Of a stretch of 64,000 nucleotides of DNA, positions 9,285-17,586 are shown piece by piece; position 1 is the first letter of the stretch; every line of letters begins with the position of its first letter. This stretch comes from Escherichia coli (GTDB lineage Bacteria; Pseudomonadota; Gammaproteobacteria; Enterobacterales; Enterobacteriaceae), in the NCBI RefSeq assembly GCF_017348835.2, contig NZ_CP072315.1; one strand, 5' to 3'. Position numbers and translations under genes: made by a program. Under the pieces are notes generated by a model. The model was not told the DNA's origin. It was given only the letters and a program-made list of their open reading frames with translations, and did not search any database.

Positions 9285-11705
9285 ATGAAACATCTCGCTT
9301 TTATTACTGCTGTAGCCGGACTCGGTATGTCTGTTCAGGCCCCAGCTCAGATATATGAATCGGCCTTTAAGGACACGAACGGTATTGAGATCCACGCCCC
9401 GTCTTCTCGTCTTATGCTTAATCCGGCATCACCGGTAACTTTGACACTTATTTCAGGTCTTGATCGTTTCGTTAATGTCAAAGTCACGAAAGACACTGGA
9501 ACTGTCATTCTTAATACTACGACTACACGGACGGGTGTATCAGACCGACTAACAGCTGCTGACGGTAGTGAGTTCTACGGCAAAAAAGTAACTTTGCCTG
9601 CTTTGGGTGAAGGCAAATTTGTCGTTCAGATAAACGTGTTAGATCTCAATCAGAAGCCTGTAGCGACCTATAACTATAACTGGCTAATTGATGTCACCCC
9701 TCCAGCGGCAAATGCTCTTACCGCTAATACTGGTTCTGGCTCTACCGCTGGTGACGTGTGGAAGCTTGGATTAGAGGCAACGGGGCAGTATGACTTCACC
9801 TCTTCGGGCGTAAGTGATGCAAATGGTATTGATAAGGGCCTAATATATATTTACAGGCAGGACGGTAGCCTCTACAGCACTACACAGATGCAGTATGACG
9901 TATCCGGCCAAAAGATGTACCACACTTACTCTAAGAATTCAGTTAAGGGAACCGGAATACCAGACAGCAACCTGGATGAAGACTTTACTGCAAAAGTTGT
10001 TATCTTCGATAACGCAGGTAATAGCCGAACGCTGCCAACTCAAAAATTTCGCTACGACAACACGCTGGGTGAGATGACACTGTGGGCCGTTCATGATCCA
10101 AATACGTCTTCCAGCGTCGTACCCGGGGTTTCTAATTATCCGGCTTACAAAGCCGGTATGGTCGTTAACGAAAACCCTATTCGATTAGTCTACCGGATCC
10201 CAAAATCTAACTACCGTGCTTATTCAGAAGGTGGGCTTCAGTTCATCAATCAATATTCCGCCCCCAAAGAGATAGCTGTAGACAGCACTTATGCTTATGT
10301 TGAAATGACTCTTCCCTATGGCTCAATTAATGGGGATATGGCTCGTATGGCGAACTTTGGCCAGTGGGGAGGGTATTATCCGTCATACAGCCTCGTTCTA
10401 AACCCATCTGCAAACCAAACGCCTGCATTTGCGGGTACCTGGGTAGATTTCCTCGATGATAAGGGGAACTGGGTTAAGTGGAAGGATTTTGAGAGTGTGG
10501 CTTCATCACGACTGCCAATTAAAATTTCCCGACTTCGTTTTAACGTTGAAGCCCGGCCCTTTGCACAGGAGATCGGCGGTAAGGCGACCTGCACCATTCC
10601 GGCAGGAAAAACCTCGTGTGAAGCGCCTGAGACGTTTGATATGGCCTTGGGTACCCAGGGCTACAATAGAATCCTTTACTTCGTTCGCAGCATCAGCAAT
10701 CCCATTTTGCGGTCTGAGCAATGGATTATGACACGCTGGAACAATAAACAACTGCCGGTAATAAACTCGATATCATATGACGAGACTAACAAGCAGCTGG
10801 ATGTACTGGCGTCACTTGAAGGCGATGGTAACTGGTTCGACTCGGTCTCATTGAGGGAATTTTATCTTTCCGATAAGAACACCGGTACCCGGATGTCACC
10901 AACAGGCGTAATCAAATCTCGTATCTCAGGTAACTACACGATTGCTTATGATTTATCCCGTCAGTCTGAAGGAAAATACAACGTTGAGGTCAACATCAGG
11001 GACTTCTTCCAGAACCAGACCAATAAAACTTTCGGAGAAATTGCTCTGGATAACACTCCTCCGACAGTGGCCATAACATTCGACGGAAAGCCGGTAAAAG
11101 ACGATACGGTAGTGTACGGCCTGGAGAACCTCAGGATCGCTCTGGCAGATAATCTGACAACCCCGAGGATAACCCGTCTTCAGCTCGTAGGTGGCCCCAC
11201 AGCTGATAACGTTGAGCTTACGTGGTCACCGGCAGGCAAAGATACATACATGCCTGAGTATCCGAGGCTGTTCCCAAATTTCGAACCATCTGAAAATTAT
11301 TCAATTAGCGTAACAGTTGCCGATAGTCAGTCGAATACCAAAACCTATACTCAGAAGTTCAGTTATCTACCGAATAACCTTGTGCAGTTACATAATCTAC
11401 GCACATTGTCGGTCAGTTCACCTCTCAAAACGACAGATGGCGTACCACTTGCGTACCTGTCCACTAACGTTCTGCGTAAGACAAATGGAGAAATTGCTAA
11501 AGGGGTCCAGAACGCAACGCTGACTGTGCGGAAGGATGCAGCCTTCGGTATTAAATTTAATGGGGCACAGGCGGCTCCAGGCGAGTCAGTTGAGGTGCAA
11601 ATAGATATGGGCCAGGGGGATAATCTTCTGTTACCCGTTTATCCTTCCGAAAATGGGAAAGTTGGCACCTCAGAATTCATGATTCAGATCGACGAGTTGA
11701 AGTAA
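9285..11705 (+). CDS. large secreted Ig-like/adhesin-like protein, ~800-aa paralog 2
   Basis: AGGGGAA RBS; signal peptide MKHLAFITAVAGLGMSVQA; conserved ISGLDRF, ATCTIPAGKTSC and C-terminal GLENLRI..LVGGP..FSYLPNNLVQL module shared with paralogs. Confidence 0.75.
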   Translation: MKHLAFITAVAGLGMSVQAPAQIYESAFKDTNGIEIHAPSSRLMLNPASPVTLTLISGLDRFVNVKVTKDTGTVILNTTTTRTGVSDRLTAADGSEFYGKKVTLPALGEGKFVVQINVLDLNQKPVATYNYNWLIDVTPPAANALTANTGSGSTAGDVWKLGLEATGQYDFTSSGVSDANGIDKGLIYIYRQDGSLYSTTQMQYDVSGQKMYHTYSKNSVKGTGIPDSNLDEDFTAKVVIFDNAGNSRTLPTQKFRYDNTLGEMTLWAVHDPNTSSSVVPGVSNYPAYKAGMVVNENPIRLVYRIPKSNYRAYSEGGLQFINQYSAPKEIAVDSTYAYVEMTLPYGSINGDMARMANFGQWGGYYPSYSLVLNPSANQTPAFAGTWVDFLDDKGNWVKWKDFESVASSRLPIKISRLRFNVEARPFAQEIGGKATCTIPAGKTSCEAPETFDMALGTQGYNRILYFVRSISNPILRSEQWIMTRWNNKQLPVINSISYDETNKQLDVLASLEGDGNWFDSVSLREFYLSDKNTGTRMSPTGVIKSRISGNYTIAYDLSRQSEGKYNVEVNIRDFFQNQTNKTFGEIALDNTPPTVAITFDGKPVKDDTVVYGLENLRIALADNLTTPRITRLQLVGGPTADNVELTWSPAGKDTYMPEYPRLFPNFEPSENYSISVTVADSQSNTKTYTQKFSYLPNNLVQLHNLRTLSVSSPLKTTDGVPLAYLSTNVLRKTNGEIAKGVQNATLTVRKDAAFGIKFNGAQAAPGESVEVQIDMGQGDNLLLPVYPSENGKVGTSEFMIQIDELK
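9584..9595. promoter_or_regulatory. palindrome site AAAAGTAACTTT (dispersed family)
   Basis: Read directly; the same site plus flank (AAAAGTWACTTTGCCTGCT) recurs at 34713. Confidence 0.3.
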
Positions 11706-11807
11706 CTACCCGGAGCCGACAGTAAAACTGACGGCTTCAATTTTACTGCCCTCCTCGACTCCGATCAGCCAGTACGTCTTCAGAGATTCGCAAGGAAGAA
11801 CCGAAAG

Positions 11808-11819
11808 AAAAGTTACTTT
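11808..11819. promoter_or_regulatory. palindrome site AAAAGTTACTTT (dispersed family)
   Basis: Read directly, about 100 bp downstream of Ig-like gene 2. Confidence 0.3.
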
Positions 11820-11859
11820 AATCGTACGTTTCCAGCGATGCTTTCAAAAGACAATGCAT

Positions 11860-12275
11860 ACTCGTTGATTACGACAATGGGAGTGAGTGTCGAACCCCTT
11901 GAGTAAGGATACCTGGTAAATATACAGCCCCGGGGATTCTCTTCCTTCAACCGGGGATGACAACGGGAGTGAGTCCGGCAACTCACACCTGTTGTCACTT
12001 CTCTGACATATCGTCATACGAGCTTACTCAAGCGCATCCACAAAGATGGGATCGTTTTGAATCTAAACTGGTACTGGTTAGCCAGTCACTTGCATCTACT
12101 CCCCCGTCGATATTTAAGTGACAATTGTAGTGATCTGCAATACTGGTGTCTCAGAAACACTGACGACGGTAGAGACTCAATACCCTAACCCCTGACAACA
12201 GAAGTGAGCTTAGAGGTGTTACGCTGCTGTCACCTAATGCTTGGGAATTGCCTGACTCACAACCATTGTCATCCG
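11860..12275. repeat. iteron-like inverted-repeat units (left remnant of iteron array split by the IS)
   Basis: Units such as TGACAACGGGAGTGAG...CTCACACCTGTTGTCA match the repeat family at 13990-15320. Confidence 0.5.
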
Positions 12276-13985
12276 GAGCTACTGATTAACGTTGAACCAC
12301 GGCAGCCTGGCGGCTGCAAATTGAAAACCGCCCCGGTTCGTCCTGTTGTTGCCGCACGCCCCGCAGAATATGTATGCTCTGAGGACCTGTTTTATTAAGG
12401 ACTCATCCCCTTATGTTGACCCGCAAAAGTATCGATACAGTTCTGCTCTCTGTTGGTGCTGAGAAGCTCTCACAACGAGAATGGGACTGGATGAAAATGC
12501 TCAAACCCATGGACCCACCACCTGCGATGGTGACGACCTCCATCCTGAAGCGCCGTGGCGATACAGCAGCCCTTACCCTGCTACAGGATACCGGGGTTTA
12601 ATCCATCCTCATGTTGTCCGGTTTTACTCCCCGCCCTCTGAAACGTCTGTTCACAGCCAACCAGTGCTGGACGTCCTTCCTGGATGCGGGCGGTCTGCGC
12701 GATATCGAGGTTGAAGCCGTCACCAAAATGCTGGCCTGCGGCACACGGATACTGGGTGTAAAAGAGTTCGGGTGTGATAACCCGGACTGTCAGCACGTAA
12801 AGTACCTGACCAACTCATGCGGCAGCCGTGCCTGCCCGTCCTGCGGAAAGAAGGCCACAGACCTGTGGACAGCAACACAGCTGAATCGTCTTCCTGACTG
12901 CGACTGGGTACATCTGGTCTTCACCCTGCCGGACACGCTGTGGCCGGTGTTCGAAAGCAACCGCTGGCTGCTGAATGACGTGTGCCGTCTGGCGGTGGAG
13001 AATCTGCTGTATGCCGCCCGAAAACGGGGGCTGGAACCCGGTATCTTCTGCGCCATCCACACGTATGGCCGTCGTCTCAACTGGCATCCGCATGTACATG
13101 TGTCTGTAACCTGTGGAGGTCTGAATAAGCATGGTCAGTGGAAAAAGCTGAGCTTCCTGAAAGACGCGATGCGTTCACGGTGGATGTGGAATATGCGGCA
13201 GCTGCTTCTGAAAGCGTGGTCAGAGGGGATGGCAATGCCGGAGTCGTTGTCACATATCACGACGGAATCACAGTGGAGAAGCCTGGTGCTGAAATCCGGC
13301 GGAAAATACTGGCATGTGTACATGTCGAAGAAGACAGCCGGAGGGCGGAATACGGCACGCTACCTGGGTCGTTATCTGAAGAAGCCACCAATAGCGGCTT
13401 CCCGACTGGCTCATTACAACGGAGGGGCAAGCCTGAGCTTCCGTTACCTGGACCACAAAACGGGAGAAACGGCGACGGAAACGCTGACACAGCGTGAGCT
13501 GGTCGCGAGGCTGAAACAGCACATCCCGGAGAAGTTTTTTAAGATGGTGAGGTACTTCGGGTTCCTTGCCAACCGTGTGTGTGGAGAGAAGCTGCCGCAG
13601 GTGTACCGTGCACTGGGGATGGATAAACCGGAACCAGTGGCGAAAGTGTGCTATGCACAAATGGTGAAACAGTTCCTGAGTCGTGACCCGTTCGAATGCG
13701 TGCTGTGTGGCTGCCGGATGGTATACCGCCGGGCCATTGCGGGGCTGAATGTATCAGGGCTGAAGAAAAACGCGCGGGATATCAGTCTACTGAGGTATAT
13801 GCCGGCCTGACACAGGCTAAGTGTGCCCGGGAATCGGTGAAAGTATAAAAAACAGCCTGTTACGGTATAAAAATCGACCATACAGAGAGGGAAACCACCG
13901 GAGTGGTGGGAAAAGCAGAAAGGCTCACGTGGCATAAGGCGTGGACAATGGTATCGACTGGTTTTTCAATTTCCTATACGTGAAC
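12276..13985 (+). mobile_element. IS91-family insertion sequence (about 1.7 kb, IS1294-like size); boundaries approximate
   Basis: Carries the HUH-Y2 transposase gene; flanked on both sides by the same iteron family; hairpin CCACCGGAGTGGTGG near the right end; GAACC at both junctions. Confidence 0.55.
12611..13810 (+). CDS. tnpA: IS91-family rolling-circle (HUH, Y2) transposase
   Basis: N-terminal zinc-binding cysteines (CPSCGKK), HUH motif WHPHVHVSV, paired tyrosines RYLGRYL. Confidence 0.8.
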   Translation: MLSGFTPRPLKRLFTANQCWTSFLDAGGLRDIEVEAVTKMLACGTRILGVKEFGCDNPDCQHVKYLTNSCGSRACPSCGKKATDLWTATQLNRLPDCDWVHLVFTLPDTLWPVFESNRWLLNDVCRLAVENLLYAARKRGLEPGIFCAIHTYGRRLNWHPHVHVSVTCGGLNKHGQWKKLSFLKDAMRSRWMWNMRQLLLKAWSEGMAMPESLSHITTESQWRSLVLKSGGKYWHVYMSKKTAGGRNTARYLGRYLKKPPIAASRLAHYNGGASLSFRYLDHKTGETATETLTQRELVARLKQHIPEKFFKMVRYFGFLANRVCGEKLPQVYRALGMDKPEPVAKVCYAQMVKQFLSRDPFECVLCGCRMVYRRAIAGLNVSGLKKNARDISLLRYMPA

Positions 13986-13989
13986 CGCT

Positions 13990-15320
13990 GGACTTTAATG
14001 ACAGTGGTAGTGATGGATAGGCTCATTTCCATTGTCGTCATTTTATCGGACAAGCCTCTTCGTCCTACAGGTTTAAGCTGACAATGGTAGTGATTGGATG
14101 ATCTCACTACTGTTGTCACTCAGTTCTTTGAGCGGACCCTTCCCTCGGTTGGTCGGCATTAACAACGGTAGTGACTCGATTGGCTCACTGCCATTGTCAT
14201 CGTGTAAATGACGTACCTTATCAGCTCAGCTGAAAGCAATGACAACGGTAGTGACTCTAATTGCTCACTGCCATTGTCGTCGTGTCTATTGAGAGCCTTA
14301 TCAGTGCACCTGAAAAGCAATGACAACGGTAGTGATTCTAATGGCTCACTACCGTTGTCACCGTGTGTATTGAGAGGATGGTCCACTTAACTGGACGTAT
14401 ATGACAATGGTAGTGACTTTAATAGCTCACTACCATTGTCGGTGTGTGAATTGAGAGGATGAGCAGCTCAGCTGTACGTCCATGACAATGGTAATGACTT
14501 AATGAGCTCACTACCGTTGTCACCCTGTTAATTAAGAGGCTCATCTGCTCTTCTGGAAGGCTATGACAACGGAAGTGACTTGCTGGGCTCACTGCCATTG
14601 TCGCCGTATGAATTGAGAGGATCATCCGCTCTTCTGGATGGCAATGACAACGGTAATGACTTAATAGGCTCACTACCATTGTCACCCTGTGAATTGAGAG
14701 GATGATCTGCTTAACCAGACGGCCATGACAACGGTAGTGACTTTCTGGGCTCAATACCGTTGTCACCCTGTGAGTTAAGAGGTTGACCCGCTCTACTGGA
14801 CGGCCATGACAACGGTAGTCACTTTCTGGGCTCACTACCGTTGTCGCCATATAGAATGAGAGGAGCATCAGCTCAACTGAACGGCAATGACTACAGTAAT
14901 GAGCTGGATGAAGCATAACCATTGACATCTGGCCCAACCGGAAGCCGTATTCGCCAATCCAATCGAGATTCACAATGGCCGTGACTCGCCGCATTAAGTT
15001 CCGGTGTCCTCCTAAAGCTGAACGCACACTCGGAGGACAATGACAATGCCAGTAAGGTACACATCATTACCATTGTCACTATAGCTACCAGAGAAGCCGG
15101 GATTTGAATGTCGATGGTAGTGAGTGGGTCAACTCACTGCCATTGTCACCCCGTTACGATATTTTCCGTTGGATGTACTGGCCAATGAAGTAAAGCGTAG
15201 AAACCGGGTGTTAACAGGTGACTCAGGAGAAAGCGTTGAATTTCGCAATCTCGATCTACATAGGGTGGTAGAGAACAATGACAACGGTAATGACTTTTGA
15301 CTCATTACCGTTGACGTGAA
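13990..15320. repeat. tandem array of about 16 units of ~80 bp, each containing a 15-bp-arm palindrome (TGACAACGGTAGTGA / TCACTACCGTTGTCA); putative Rep-binding iteron / incompatibility array
   Basis: Period about 80 bp read directly; inter-palindrome segments are also conserved (CCTGTGAATTGAGAGGATGA); adjacent to the rep gene. Confidence 0.65.
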
Positions 15321-15390
15321 AGAGCGGGCTGGGACTAACGAAAATCGAAGAAGTAATTTAGCACCCGGAGCCTAAACCGCCGGGTTAACT

Positions 15391-16479
15391 TTAGCTGGCG
15401 TTGCTGTTCTTTTTCTGGCTTCGAAGACTACGAATATAGCGCAGTTCTTCAGCGGTTAAATCATGGACGGTAAGAACATCATCGCCGTCAATCGGGTCAG
15501 CTGGTGGGCATAACTCACCTTCTAAAACAGAAGACCCTGAGTTCTCTTCTTCATCTTCAACCACTTCTAAAGGAGGCTGAGTATTGTTCAAATTCAGATC
15601 GGGATCCCGCTTATGAATCTGGAAGTATACTTTTCCGTCTTTCTTAATTTCGGTGTACTTGAGGTATCCTATCGATGCCAACTCTTCAAGAGCCTTTCTC
15701 ACGGTAGCATTCTGACTATTTGCTCGTGTTTTGAGGTTCAGACGATTTTTCAGCCGAGTAAGGGATATCGGTATAGGATTTGGCGGTAATGACTCTATGA
15801 ACGTATAGAGAGCCTGGGCGCTTTCCTTCTTGGCCAACTCCTTAATTGCCTTCAGCTGCATCAAAACCTTATGATCGTATTGATAGAGCTCGAAAATCTT
15901 AGGATCAACCTGAAGGACAACCTGATCTGATTCCGGGTCTAACAGGGCAGACTGTACCAGATGCGTTGTATAGACTTTGGACGAGTTATTACTGGTGAAC
16001 GACAAGGTAACGGATGCTAACCTGCGTAAGGAGGCGTCTATACGTTTTCTGGACGCTGTAGATGAGCGATAATTTTCAGGCGTACATAGCTTGAGGAATT
16101 CAGTGAATTTTAAGCTTATCGTGTCATTGTTAATCGGATGATTGGCATAGGTTCGAATGATGCCCATCCACGTCTTAAAATCTACTGACATATTAAGACG
16201 CTCACCGACAATTGAAATATTGGTGAACCCCTCGCTCTCCATTAAAGAGAGCGTCTGTAACTCTTTCGTTGCGTCAAAGCCAACCGTTTTATATTCCCGA
16301 TTTTGACGCCCCACACTCTTTGGTGATGGGACGAACAGCCCGAGCCGCATCAAAGCAATAGACTGCACCGTACGGTTGCTGTTAGGACGCAAAATGATGT
16401 CTTTACCTGATTCTTTCTCTCTAACAGAGAAAGCCCTGGTGACCAGGTCCTGCTGCTCAGTATCTTTCTCTTTAGTCAT
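15391..16479 (-). CDS. iteron-type plasmid replication initiator (RepA/RepE-like, IncHI/RepFIB-type)
   Basis: 362-aa protein paralogous to the ORF at 29890 (shared LRLxxF, TDFKxWxGII, YDHKxL, ESIGYL motifs); flanked by iterons on both sides. Confidence 0.7.
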   Translation of the reverse strand: MTKEKDTEQQDLVTRAFSVREKESGKDIILRPNSNRTVQSIALMRLGLFVPSPKSVGRQNREYKTVGFDATKELQTLSLMESEGFTNISIVGERLNMSVDFKTWMGIIRTYANHPINNDTISLKFTEFLKLCTPENYRSSTASRKRIDASLRRLASVTLSFTSNNSSKVYTTHLVQSALLDPESDQVVLQVDPKIFELYQYDHKVLMQLKAIKELAKKESAQALYTFIESLPPNPIPISLTRLKNRLNLKTRANSQNATVRKALEELASIGYLKYTEIKKDGKVYFQIHKRDPDLNLNNTQPPLEVVEDEEENSGSSVLEGELCPPADPIDGDDVLTVHDLTAEELRYIRSLRSQKKNSNAS

Positions 16480-17340
16480 AATAAGTTATCACTGAATGTG
16501 TAAACAGATTGGTGAATAGTAAGCCCCAGCGAACTCTATGTCACTGGATGGATCATTGTGATGATCCATATCTGTGCATAAGTTCTACCTAAAAAAACGA
16601 CTCCACTCATTAAAACTTGGCAAAAACTCTTTGCATACAATGACCTGCAACTCTTATCAACAACGGATCAGATCAAGTTAAAAAGATCTAATGAAAAGTC
16701 ACTACTATTGTCGCTCTGATCACTACTGATGTCAAAAAACTCATTACCAACGTTATAATAATCACTACTAATGTCAAAATAATCACTACTGTTGTCACTG
16801 ATCACGTCTCAGGCCTTGTGCCGTCTGGCCTGGAGGCAGCGGGGATCTCTTTTGATCTATCAGGAACACTAAGGTACTAATTATTGGAACTACCTTGTGG
16901 AAAATGGGGATAAATAAATGCTTAGTTCTTATACAGGTCTCAACTTGCCTCCCTGATAAAAACTGTCGTCAAAGCTAAATCACAGCCACAGGCATTTTCG
17001 GTGGATAAATTTTTGAGAAATAGAAGCATACATGCAGACTCGTGTCGCAAGTAATTGAAAGTAATGATTTATTTAAATAATGCGAGTCACCTTACCTCAC
17101 AGTGGAAGTTTAAGTCTAACCTCACTACCATTGTCACTTAAAATCATTACCAACGTCGAAATAGTCTCTACCATTGTCTTTTAAGTCACTCCCGTTGTCA
17201 CTTATGTCGCTACTGTTGTCAGTGACAATGCTCCAGCCCAGTAACCATGCGGCCTACAGCGTACCGGGATCTTCTTTGTACTCTCTGGCACCTTTGGGAT
17301 CATTTATTGGATCTACATGAGGGATAAAATCTTTTGACGA
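16480..17340. other. putative origin of replication (oriV) for the rep gene at 15391-16479
   Basis: Two clusters of five ~21-bp direct iterons (TCACTACnnTTGTCA; 16690-16800 and 17100-17230), each followed by a GATC-rich segment; AT-rich. Confidence 0.5.
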
Positions 17341-17448
17341 TTTCGTAGTGCAGTTATACCAGCGACTTAGCAAGACAAAAGCTGCAATTTAGTGACGAGT
17401 TACTAGTCTGCCCAACAAGAGCAATGCAGAGAAGATATGTGGTGAAAT

Positions 17449-17482
17449 GACCATGGTAGTGAGTCTAATCACTACCATGGTC
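17449..17482. repeat. perfect 14-bp-arm inverted repeat of iteron-like half-sites (GACCATGGTAGTGA-6nt-TCACTACCATGGTC)
   Basis: Read directly; candidate Rep-dimer operator or terminator for the upstream Ig-like gene. Confidence 0.45.
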
Positions 17483-17586
17483 CGCAGTAAGCGTTACTTA
17501 CGCAATGAACGTCGGACTGATTTGCAACAACATGGGCTACGGCGCATCAGAAGGCGGCCGTTGTGCTTCAGCAAAACAGCCCTGCT

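Noticed and set aside
12204-12601. Small ORFs in the left arm of the IS91-like element
   Set aside because: Could be an IS accessory ORF, but no RBS or conservation could be judged by eye; not called.
14419-15027. 202-aa ORF (and other track ORFs at 14159-14390 and 14891-15079) inside the iteron array
   Set aside because: The reading frame is an artefact of translating tandem repeats (repetitive peptide); no RBS or coding signal.
13990-15320. CRISPR-like appearance of regularly spaced ~40-bp palindromic repeats
   Set aside because: The intervening segments are themselves conserved, the repeats match iteron half-sites next to a rep gene, and no cas genes are present; interpreted as an iteron array.
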